NCBI GenBank assembly: GCA_036172245.1
Contig: JAYWIR010000039.1
Coordinates: 124,001 to 188,000, forward strand
Source: Raillietiella orientalis
Taxonomy: Eukaryota
Length of the DNA stretch: 64,000 nt
Direction of reading: 5' to 3'
The translations under genes and the position numbers were made by a program. Below, in pieces: positions 56,301 to 64,000 of this stretch. Position 1 is the stretch's first letter. Every line of letters begins with the position of its first letter. Under the pieces are notes generated by a model. That model ran no database searches. It saw only the letters and a program-made list of their open reading frames with translations, and was not told the DNA's origin.

Positions 56301-59300
56301 CTACAAAGGCATTTAATTAAGGATCTTTACTTAAAAATCCACATTCCACGAGCCTTGCGATGTTAACTACTTCGAGGGCGCAAATAAGAATTCGCCCCAC
56401 ATTGCTTTTCAAGAATTCTACTTTGGCAGGAGAGGAGCAAAAACCAACGTCATTAACATCCGATAAGAATCTCAAGCAGAAGAGCTGCGTCTTTGATGAG
56501 AGCCCAGTTACATCTGAAAACTGAGGTTCTCTCGAAGTCACTCTGCATCAATGAGACGTCCTTTATGAGAACAGCAAGGACGTAAATCAACGAGCTTTTC
56601 ATCACAGGAGCTCTCTCTGGTGGAGGAACGAATCGTGGAGAAATGTCGAAAACATATACGGCTTTGAAGCCAGTGGACAGGAAACGGCGGCTCTCAACAG
56701 CAACTTAACGCCATGTTCCATTCCCGAAGAGATTCCAAATTGACATAGAAAACATCCAAATGTTTTCCTTAATCTTGACATTTTCATGCTTCAGTCGCTT
56801 CCAATGGTGTGTACATCGACGCAATTTTACGATCATTGAAAGTCAGGAATGAAAATGTATGCATGCATTTACGAAAGTCAAGCGGCAAACACAACGTCGC
56901 AATGTTTCGAATCACAGCTTCAAAAGCAAAAACAAATATGTGACAAAATCTACAACATGTGTGAAATTACTGCATTTACTATCTCTAAAAAAAAAAAAAA
57001 AGAAAAAAACCTGTTTGAATGAAGAGAACTGCTAGGGATTTTCTTTGACTACCACATGCCTTTATTTTATATACCATTTTGATTTTAAATTAACACTGTA
57101 ACGTATTTTACAATATCAGTTTAAAAAATTGTGTGTGTGTGTGTGTGTTTAGTAAATAAAAAGGAAACATGTGCTACCCACTATGCTCGCTTTTTGAAAA
57201 GTTTATGCGATCTTTAGTTCCTATTATTATTATTATTATTTTCGAAAACACTCGAAGAATAGTTTTTCAAACACCAAAACATTGGGGACTCAAGGAATTT
57301 ACTGCCGCAACGTAATTCGTTGTTCAATCTTAGGGTATCATTAGAAACCCTAAGATTGACTTGAAGCTCGGTTTGAATACGTGCTGAAGTCGAGTTTTTA
57401 CGCAAACTGATGCAAGGGTTAGGAACTCAAAGGTAAATCAGAGTTCAAGGCACATTCGCAATTCCATAATGAAAGAATCCTTATTATTTTCGTATTCCTT
57501 ATCCTTATCAATGAATGCTCTTGGGAGGCAGTTGATACTCAAGGAAGTATCCACTCTCAGAAAAAAGACACCTCTTGAAAGATCAACATATTACACGGTC
57601 TTTGTACACTACACATTCGATGAAAAAAAAAAAAAGTTTACTGAAACAAACATCTATAAGGGTAACTAATGAATTCTCAGCAAGGAGAGCTGCAGTAAAC
57701 AGCCAAGCTGGGCAAAAAATTCCAAGACGAGGATTAAAGGGGCTTACCACGTGTAAAGCTAACGACTTTGAAACAAACACGAGAAACTGACGATTTGAAA
57801 AAAACTGCTGCTAACTGAGATTGAAAATCACAGCGGCAGAAGAATTGCAACACAGAGCAGCACATCATCCACACGTGAACACTCGACAGGGATATCACTT
57901 ACATTACTCATGGACACGCCTTGAAAGAAAAACAGGCACTCCTGCTAAAGCTAAATGCAAATGCAAATTTAACACATGCATACACAGTTAAAACACCGTG
58001 TTCAAAAATTAGGGAAACAGTCAATCATACATTAGCTTGCACTGTGAAATCATGTATACTGAACTTTAAAAGGAATTAACAAGAATTAATGCAAGTTTGT
58101 CGCCCTGATTTTTAATGTAGGTAATGAACGCAATCACCATCGATTACAAGTACACATACAGGAAAGAAAGAAAGAAAGAAAAAAGCCTGACAAATTTGTA
58201 AATGAAACCCAAGAGCTACTTCACTCTTAACACCAGCAAAAACAGTTTCCCCATCAGAATATGGAAACAGCAGGCTTGATCGTGTAGAATATGGAACCTG
58301 CGTACATGTTCTAGATGCCGTATAAATCTCAGAAAAGGCACTCCCAGCATCGCATGCAAAAAACGCCCAAGGAAAGAAGAACACGCTTCAGAGGCTTTTT
58401 GGCTGTGCTGCTCATTAGTTCGCTCAATGCAACATATTATCCACTTATACGGCAAACTTATGAGGAATGGTTTGAGTGAGGTGCATGACTAATATATACA
58501 TTAATAACACCTGGGATCAGATTTCAGGCTGTAAAAAGGGAAGCTCAGTAAGGGAAGACTTGGGAAATCTGCCTGCATAGGCGTGAATCACATACTTATG
58601 AATAAACATGCAGAGAATTGATTGGCACGAGAGATTTGAATGAATTTAAATACACGGAATTCCTGGTGTTCGTTACTAAAGTGGTAAGGCATCTTGTAGG
58701 TTTCACTTGACTAGGCGTTCGAGATTTCAAGTGGTCCATGATACATTGGCAAATTGGAAGCAAAACTGATATGAACCACATTGGATTTCGTAGTGATACA
58801 CGCAGTTGCATATGAACTTCATCCACTTATCTTAAGACAACAGAAACAGCCCCACTTAACGATTGTGAAACACATCGCAATCGTACAACAAGATTCAACT
58901 TTTATAAAAGGCAACTATTTATGAGGAAACACGCAGCTACTGAACTGTTCGATGAGGAACTCTTGAAATTATGGAAACTTCCTAATGCAAGCAATTTTCA
59001 TCAGCTGTGCCTACTTTTCGAAGCGTTTAGAAGGTGCTGCCAATTACAAGTGTATTAACTGGATCGTGGAAAAGCAAAGTACCCCGGAAAATTTCAGTTT
59101 CCTCCATCTCTACTAATCTCATACTTGAAGGTTTCCAGTCGATATTGTGAAATTGAGGCCTTAATTGTTTGCGAGTACCATAAAAGGATTTACGTAAGGA
59201 TTTAAGGAAGTGAAGAGCTAGAACAGGCATCCCGACCAGGCAGGTGTTTTCAAAAATGTAAAGGAATCACGAAATGAATGAGGATAACTGGGGATTTTAC

Positions 59301-61838
59301 GTGAGGACGAAAAAACCGTGCGAAGAAAATGAACTGGGAATCTGGCGTCATTGCACAAGAAACACCCGCTTCTTAACCTGGGCAAGAAAAAACTAGGGAA
59401 AGCTGCAAAACCTGGATTGCTAAACACATGATGATTAGCCACAAGTTGAAATCTTTGAAACGGGTACAACGGCTTGGCATTTAGCAAGCTTCGGAAGATG
59501 CTGCGTTAAAACAATGATGGCTGCCCAAACCATTAAAGAACGTACTTTTCACGCTTCTATAATAAGTTACGAAAAATAGCTGTACACAGAGAAACCTGAT
59601 GAAACCTAAATTCAGATCTCTACTGAGAACTCGGAATCCCAGTCCTGGGATGAACTAGAATAGCATCCCATAACAGAACTTGATTCTGAAGAGACACCGA
59701 CGTGCTCAACATCACAAATCACACTGGGGATATAGATGTTAGAAGACAGCATCAGCATCCGATCAATCTAATGGAGAAGTTTGGAGTTGTCTTATACTGT
59801 AATGCATCGAAATGACCTGCTGTTAGGGTTCAAGGAATATCCTTCGCAAAAGCATTTGTAAATGATATAAAAGGTTCAAGAAGTTTGTACGAGTTACTGA
59901 ATATTATGTTGCTTTCCTTTTATTTTTTTTCATATGAACTAAACTCATTCACACCGAACGTGGCAATGAGGCTTACAACGTGATTATAGAATACAGAACA
60001 CTCAAGTCATGAGGTGATGAATGTAAACGATTACTGCAACCTTTTAAGAGCGGGAAATGTTAGCATTCATTAGCTCGGTGGAGAAGACTCGAATTCCATC
60101 GCATGTACTACCTATTACCTTAGCAAAAATTCACCTGCGGCACAGATCCATTTCATTCAACCAATTTTCGGTAATCAAATCAAAAGGAAACTGTAATCTG
60201 GAAAATCGATTGATCTGTGCATGCCTATACATGTCTGTTAAAAAATCGAAATCAATCGAAACGGCTTTTAATGACCATAGGTACTGATCTTGGAGTGAAA
60301 GATGCATTCTGAAGTGCTCCCTGAAGAAGGTTGGATTCTTCAACAAAAATCATACATCACGTAAAAATAAAGCTCTGAATGCTTTGAGTTCCTAGATGTG
60401 ACCATAGTACTAGACTTTTAATGATTTTCGCATTTCAACTGACTGAATCATTGTTTTTCCTGTTTTCAATTTTCAAAGATGTGCTGATACTGATATAACG
60501 AAGCACTCTTTAGGCATTTCGAAGGGAATAGCAAAGAAAACACTTTTAGCTTAGCTATTTTTCTTTTTGTTTGTTTGTTTCGAAATTTTACAAAGTCACT
60601 GATGTACTTTAAAGAATACCTAAACAACCATTAATCACTGTGCAGATACCGCAACCAACGGCAAAATGGAACTGCAGTCATGCTAATATTTATTGAAGCT
60701 CCTCAAGAAAAGTACAGATGAACTTGAAGGAACACAACAACATTTCTTGAAAACTTAGAAACATTGATTATGTACCCGGGAAACCTGAGTCGAAAACTTC
60801 ACACGAAATGAAACCTGGTAACTACTGTAGAAGCCAAAAAAAAAAAAGAGGAGCGAGCCAGGCATTCATCCATGTGCTAACTGCGTTTTGAATGACCTTA
60901 TGGAACCAAAGCAACGCTTAGATCAAACCATAAACAAAACGTGGCAGTCTGTGGATACCGTTTTGAAACCGTTCCCAGTTCTCCACTCTGTATGAGGATT
61001 GCGTTGTAGAAGCCACTCGAAACTCAGAATCAGAAGAAAACTGAAAAGGAGTTGGAAGATGCGCCAACAGCAGTTGCAAGCTGAACGTATGCATGCACTA
61101 AAAGTGGACGAATGCAATTGCAATGCTTATGTGTCGCAGACAGGCAAAATAACGGAACACGCTATGCGCTCACAGAATTCAATGCGCGGACAATTTCATG
61201 CCTAAAACGAAGAATGTCAAAGGTCTTACCTTTCGTTCGGATGTGTTCTGGCTGAAAGCGTCTGATGAGGTAGGTGAAAAGCCTATTTGTTCTTGCACTT
61301 GCTTTTTCGACTGAAGTCGCAAATACATGTACAACAGAAAACGTCCAAGAGTACATTACCTGTAACAGAGTATTCAACTGTTGCTGCAACTCTTCTGGGT
61401 CGTTCAAAACATGAGTGGGGATCACCAGAGATAGTTGCAACAAATCCTGGAAATTCAGCACTGAAACCGAAAACAGATGTTGCAGGCATCCAACCTTTGA
61501 GCTGACGAGTGGATGTTCAGTGGGACGAGCGACAACCATCCGGACAAAAGTTCCAGCTTGTCTCAAAACAGCAGCGGCCTGCTCGGCTCCCATACCGTGC
61601 AAATTTATATTGCCAATTTGCAAAATATGGTCCCCACTTTGCAGTCGTCCATTCTGTGAGAAACGACCAAGAAATGGCCAGGAATGCAAGGATTATCGAA
61701 TACTTTATGAGCGATTCCACCAGGTATGATTGTTTTGATTATGACTCCTGAACTAACTCCACCTACGATTCCGAATCCTAGACCGCAGCCATCGTTTACC
61801 ATATCGATAACTTCCACTTCAACCCATTCGCTTTTTAG
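7251..61838 (-). CDS. Mpdz: Multiple PDZ domain protein (MPDZ/MUPP1/Patj family), spliced gene span, 5'-partial; 33 exons, ~1864 aa, 11 PDZ domains
   Basis: Exons joined by hand at GT(GC)-AG sites with consistent phase; total 5595 nt. PDZ repeats appear in MPDZ order: [91 protein letters not shown]. Confidence 0.95.
7866..8074 (-). CDS. Mpdz: Mpdz exon, end of PDZ11 ([22 protein letters not shown]...LKIGRL)
   Basis: cccag acceptor, gtgagt donor, 209 nt. Confidence 0.93.
8139..8291 (-). CDS. Mpdz: Mpdz exon, PDZ10 end to PDZ11 start (VKMLVYRE...[20 protein letters not shown])
   Basis: atccag acceptor, gtgagt donor, 153 nt. Confidence 0.93.
8340..8495 (-). CDS. Mpdz: Mpdz exon, PDZ10 ([28 protein letters not shown]...RQTPAK)
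   Basis: cttcag acceptor, gtgagc donor, 156 nt. Confidence 0.94.
8563..8789 (-). CDS. Mpdz: Mpdz exon, start of PDZ10 ([32 protein letters not shown])
   Basis: ttgcag acceptor, gttagt donor, 227 nt. Confidence 0.92.
8927..9062 (-). CDS. Mpdz: Mpdz exon, end of PDZ9 ([19 protein letters not shown]...PKP)
   Basis: aacag acceptor, gtaaat donor, 136 nt. Confidence 0.9.
9374..9445 (-). CDS. Mpdz: Mpdz exon, PDZ9 ([24 protein letters not shown])
   Basis: ctttcag acceptor, gttgta donor, 72 nt. Confidence 0.9.
9623..9724 (-). CDS. Mpdz: Mpdz exon, PDZ9 ([34 protein letters not shown])
   Basis: ttttcag acceptor, gtaggt donor, 102 nt. Confidence 0.93.
10225..10296. repeat. Compound (AC)n(AT)n microsatellite
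   Basis: Read directly from the sequence. Confidence 0.95.
10560..13640 (-). mobile_element. Decayed Penelope-like retroelement; two same-orientation GIY-YIG-bearing 3' segments around a non-coding spacer
   Basis: Strong G/T versus C/A strand skew. Frameshifted remnants: FPINDHL, C..AFYI..ET, NLRAR and P-L-G-(L)N in 12630-13400; [10 protein letters not shown], CxxC, SNVPYFI, LFIGK and SPVIHY in 10600-11470. Confidence 0.6.
13670..13726 (-). CDS. Mpdz: Mpdz exon, start of PDZ9 ([19 protein letters not shown])
   Basis: ttttcag acceptor, gtaagg donor, 57 nt. Confidence 0.9.
17575..17703 (+). CDS. Candidate nested antisense small ORF, 42 aa ([42 protein letters not shown])
   Basis: CAACAAC-ATG start context, strong acceptor ending at 17512, AATAAA overlapping the stop; no recognised homology. 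Confidence 0.25.
   Translation: MPFAQRQLTIEELFREGYHIRSIYRSISDTASAQLLIDCINK
19427..19496 (-). CDS. Mpdz: Mpdz exon ([23 protein letters not shown])
   Basis: tttttcag acceptor, gtatca donor, 70 nt, phase 2 to 0. Confidence 0.9.
22221..22315 (-). CDS. Mpdz: Mpdz exon, end of PDZ8 ([32 protein letters not shown])
   Basis: ttttag acceptor, gtataa donor, 95 nt. Confidence 0.92.
23064..23260 (-). CDS. Mpdz: Mpdz exon, PDZ8 ([26 protein letters not shown]...GDEILE)
   Basis: ttttcag acceptor; non-canonical AG|gcaaat donor. Confidence 0.9.
26424..26508 (-). CDS. Mpdz: Mpdz exon ([28 protein letters not shown])
   Basis: ttttag acceptor, gtaagc donor; EDEFGY motif that precedes PDZ8 in MPDZ. Confidence 0.92.
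29303..29428 (-). CDS. Mpdz: Mpdz linker exon (...KAVTRHGVQ)
   Basis: tttcagCAG (NAGNAG) acceptor, gttttg donor; joins to IDKTSAG. Confidence 0.82.
30728..31012 (-). CDS. Mpdz: Mpdz linker exon ([14 protein letters not shown]...VCVDCE)
   Basis: gaccag acceptor after a 46-nt intron, gtatgc donor, 285 nt; boundaries less certain. Confidence 0.72.
31059..31184 (-). CDS. Mpdz: Mpdz exon, end of PDZ7 ([34 protein letters not shown])
   Basis: ttttag acceptor, gtgagc donor, 126 nt. Confidence 0.93.
32959..33002. repeat. Perfect 20-bp inverted repeat with a 4-nt loop
   Basis: cagcatacacaaccgtgatc-ggta-gatcacggttgtgtatgctg. Confidence 0.95.
33341..33451 (-). CDS. Mpdz: Mpdz exon, PDZ7 ([23 protein letters not shown])
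   Basis: tttcag acceptor, gtttga donor, 111 nt. Confidence 0.9.
33956..34084 (-). CDS. Mpdz: Mpdz exon, start of PDZ7 ([26 protein letters not shown])
   Basis: ttcaag acceptor, gtgagt donor, 129 nt. Confidence 0.9.
36122..36156. repeat. T~35 homopolymer (poly-A on the Mpdz sense strand)
   Basis: Read directly from the sequence. Confidence 0.95.
36521..37106 (-). CDS. Mpdz: Mpdz large Ser/Asp/Glu-rich linker exon between PDZ6 and PDZ7
   Basis: atttcag acceptor, gtgagt donor, 586 nt open, phase 2 to 0 fits both neighbours. Confidence 0.82.
39349..39369 (-). CDS. Mpdz: Mpdz 21-nt microexon (IYPHYYR)
   Basis: ttttcttttcaag acceptor, gtaagt donor, symmetric phase 2/2. Confidence 0.8.
39431..39544 (-). 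CDS. Mpdz: Mpdz exon, end of PDZ6 ([18 protein letters not shown]...QTTPR)
   Basis: ttcgtag acceptor, gtacgt donor, 114 nt, phase 2/2. Confidence 0.88.
41266..41317. repeat. (AC)~26 microsatellite
   Basis: Read directly from the sequence. Confidence 0.95.
41398..41599 (-). CDS. Mpdz: Mpdz exon, PDZ6 (GINVEVV...[14 protein letters not shown]...QARAILRR)
   Basis: tttag acceptor, gtaaga donor, 202 nt. Confidence 0.93.
41660..41861 (-). CDS. Mpdz: Mpdz exon, linker to start of PDZ6 ([14 protein letters not shown])
   Basis: ctccag acceptor, G|gtaagc donor, 202 nt. Confidence 0.85.
43779..44021 (-). CDS. Mpdz: Mpdz exon, PDZ5 ([37 protein letters not shown]...)
   Basis: caaag acceptor, gtaaag donor, 243 nt. 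Confidence 0.93.
44099..44491 (-). CDS. Mpdz: Mpdz exon, end of PDZ4 to start of PDZ5 (VNG...KAKSDG...[10 protein letters not shown])
   Basis: aag acceptor, gttgtg donor, 393 nt. Confidence 0.93.
44543..44713 (-). CDS. Mpdz: Mpdz exon, PDZ4 ([28 protein letters not shown]...DELLE)
   Basis: ctag acceptor, gtaagt donor, 171 nt. Confidence 0.92.
44757..44948 (-). CDS. Mpdz: Mpdz linker exon (...[13 protein letters not shown])
   Basis: acgcag acceptor, gttagt donor; MPDZ-type WQxIxGxxYEIV motif. Confidence 0.9.
45005..45190 (-). CDS. Mpdz: Mpdz exon, end of PDZ3 ([21 protein letters not shown]...RYLRG)
   Basis: cttag acceptor, gttagt donor, 186 nt. Confidence 0.92.
45913..46004 (-). CDS. Mpdz: Mpdz exon, PDZ3 ([30 protein letters not shown])
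   Basis: ttcag acceptor, gttgtt donor, 92 nt, phase 1 to 0. Confidence 0.92.
47836..48034 (-). CDS. Mpdz: Mpdz exon, start of PDZ3 ([24 protein letters not shown])
   Basis: cttcag acceptor, G|gtaggt donor, 199 nt. Confidence 0.9.
49087..49132 (-). CDS. Candidate 46-nt linker exon ([15 protein letters not shown])
   Basis: ctctcttttcaaag acceptor, gtaagc donor; open only as phase 1 to 2, matching the 22-nt candidate; not included in the 33-exon total. Confidence 0.35.
53450..54730 (-). mobile_element. Decayed non-LTR retrotransposon fragment, I/Nimb-like, post-RT region
   Basis: Ordered remnants EYLFLVLI (~54700), FTLYRIL (~54480) and [17 protein letters not shown] (~54300) resemble KFLGLI / LYRS / IHHxGLR..SSPVESL; many stops and frameshifts. 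Confidence 0.45.
54950..55600 (-). mobile_element. Decayed CR1/L2-group LINE 3' fragment
   Basis: Ordered remnants [26 protein letters not shown] and IIYYP resemble the post-RT region of this group; frameshifted. Confidence 0.35.
57324..57359. repeat. Perfect 13-bp inverted repeat with a 10-nt loop
   Basis: tcaatcttagggt-atcattagaa-accctaagattga. Confidence 0.9.
61230..61251 (-). CDS. Candidate 22-nt linker microexon (PEHIRTK)
   Basis: tttcag acceptor, AG|gtaaga donor; phase 0 to 1, so it needs a partner exon; not included in the 33-exon total. Confidence 0.4.
61360..61446 (-). CDS. Mpdz: Mpdz linker exon ([29 protein letters not shown])
   Basis: ttccag acceptor, gtaatg donor, 87 nt, in frame. 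Confidence 0.85.
61495..61653 (-). CDS. Mpdz: Mpdz exon, PDZ2 C-half ([14 protein letters not shown]...[14 protein letters not shown])
   Basis: cacag acceptor, gttgga donor, 159 nt. Confidence 0.92.
61704..61838 (-). CDS. Mpdz: Mpdz exon, PDZ2 N-half ([27 protein letters not shown]...IAHK)
   Basis: ttcag acceptor, gtattc donor, 135 nt, phase 0/0. Confidence 0.93.
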
Positions 61839-64000
61839 CTGAAATGGAACAACGGTTACAGGGAGCGTTCGAAGAACCCTTTGACTTGAATAAAGATTTC
61901 CAAGCATCCGCTGTGTACGCCAAGAAGAAAAGTTTACAAAAACGATCCTGCGGGCTTGGGAAAACAAATCAAGCAAAAAAACAGGCACACCATGCCACTA
62001 TGAACTCGATTCCCGGAAGAAGGCAAACAAGTTATAAAACAGCATGCAGTTCTTCATCTGGAGCATTCACATCCGAAGACGTGATCAACTCTGAATCCGG
62101 GGCACACCGTAAGTTCACATCCATTGAAGTCTTTTTGGCAAATTCCTCCTAGGACCCTCTACAATTAGCATAAGCGCGTTTCTCCTCGTAGGTGACGCAA
62201 GGCAATTGGGTGGAAACGCAATTTCCGTTTTTCTAACATTTATGGCTCTGGCATGGAAACTGTAAGCACCGGAAGGGGTTGCGGAAATTAAGTCATAATG
62301 AACCAATGGATGAATGAATTTTCGAAAGACTTCTTTTTTTTTTTCTTTCTGATTGGGAAGTTTTGGATACATACAACGGGGTTTGACGTTTCGAACCTGT
62401 TTCTAAACAAGTGAACCGCGCACTTCATGTTCCCTTTTATAAAGCTATGCCAAAATCGAAAATAAGTGACAAAGTATAGAGCATGTCCAGAAGGCTTGTT
62501 TCCAGCAAAACAAGCAACCTTCATGGACCAACCAAAGCACCAATCGGAAAACGATTGATTGGACCCGATCCATTGCACCACCGTTTTGGAAACAAATTTG
62601 TGGCGCCTAAATACCTTGAGAACTCCTACTCTACACAAACGGGCCTTTCTGAAGATGAACTCTACTGGTATTTCGATTCATTGAAATATTCATGCGTGGG
62701 GCACACACAGACAGACAGACAGACCTACCCCCCAACAGCTGAAAACTATGTCCCCGGTGCGAAAGGAAAACGAAACTCTCGTGTTGATATGTTAGCTTTG
62801 CCGAAAATCTGTGATGGGCTCATACTCGACATCTTCTGGTCTCGAGCAGCCAACTTTTCTGTATTGGGAAGAAGAACGAATAATAGGTGAAATAACGCAG
62901 GAGGAGGTAAATTTGCACCTGGCAATAGATCTTGCCTCCTGCAATTAAATAAAAAAAAAAAAGGAACCAAAGGAGGGGGAGGGGAAGAAAAAGAATTGCA
63001 GCCGCGCTCAAATCATGTCGTAAAAGCTTCTCTAGAACTCGCAGGGCAAGGATTCGCAGAATAATGATGTCAAGTCCTTGTGAAACACTTTTTGACCTGA
63101 AAAAGTGCTGAAGTTGATTTAGAAATGGCATCTAAATGAAATCCTTAGGGACCAATTTGCTATAAGTTAACTTCACTCACTATACGTTATTTTTGTTCTA
63201 GACATTTTGAAATCTGAATAGAGATTTAAAGAAAAGGTCAAAATGAGGGGGGAAAAAATGGTCCCGGTAATTTAATGCCTGGTGTTTACAACAGTACGTG
63301 TTAATTTCCAATGCTTCTATTGGACGACATGACTATGATTAAAACCATTTGAAAATGCTCTGTACTCCGCTCTTATGGATGACATAGTACCTCTGGGATA
63401 CAGCCATGCAAATTAGGGACCTTGAAGCGATCCCACCTGGAGACAAACGATTTTACAGCCGAATGAAACTGATACAGTTGAAAGGAAAAGTTCCTGTTTC
63501 AAAGGATGACGGTTACTTTATAGTAAAGATCCATCAACTGTTTTCATCATGTGTCCGATGAAGCCCAGGAAAACTAGACTTGAATGCAAAGAATGGAATT
63601 AAAAAGTGTTCATACGTATGTTGTTTGGTGCGACCACCGAGTAAACATCATGATAAAAAATTATGTCATGATAGCAGAATTTTCGATATCCGCAGTTCCA
63701 AACTGCTGCTGGGAACATGTGCGTGTGCAGATGGAAACACGCAAGAGAAGCAGTACATCACAAATTTATTATAATTTTTGACTCAAATAAACCCTTCATT
63801 AAGTTTAGGAGATGTTTTTAGCATGCATAAGGAATCAGCAGCGTCGAGCAACAGACATGACAGCTGTAAGGATTCAGTGACAGAATCATACATTCAAATA
63901 TTGTGTGTACACTGATAATTGACTTTAAAATAGCAGCAAAAAAGAGCTGAGCATAAATTGTAAAGTAATTTTCATATTCAAGGTAGTCACATAATACATT

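Noticed and set aside
61262..61280. CTGATGA...GAAA hammerhead core
   Set aside because: Stem II cannot pair
61991..62160. Possible exon(s) directly upstream of PDZ2
   Set aside because: Several competing weak donors and frames; cannot be resolved without transcripts
63421..63436. GGIASR fragment resembling PDZ1
   Set aside because: Weak donor, an upstream in-frame stop, and no following DGRL exon before PDZ2
1..64000. CRISPR arrays, tRNA/rRNA genes, prokaryote-type operons
   Set aside because: None seen; the window is spliced eukaryotic DNA

Overview
Eukaryotic genomic DNA, probably from an invertebrate (inferred from the arthropod-like MPDZ sequence). About 55 kb of the window is one minus-strand, multi-exon gene for a multiple-PDZ scaffold of the MPDZ/MUPP1/Patj family. 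I assembled 33 exons by hand (61838 down to the TGA at 7251-7253). Splice phases are consistent throughout, giving 5595 nt or about 1864 aa. The model contains 11 PDZ domains, equivalent to human MPDZ PDZ2-11 and PDZ13. The L27/PDZ1 end is not visible in the window, and a PDZ12 equivalent is missing. The gene has a GC-AG intron, a 21-nt microexon, three short in-frame stop-free introns, and candidate extra linker and start exons. Its large introns carry a decayed tandem Penelope-like GIY-YIG element, LINE relics, a perfect 20-bp hairpin, microsatellites and a candidate antisense small ORF. The first 7 kb is CpG-rich, has a cluster of CRE palindromes, and holds no gene I can identify. I found no convincing wholly novel system; the findings are candidates to test.
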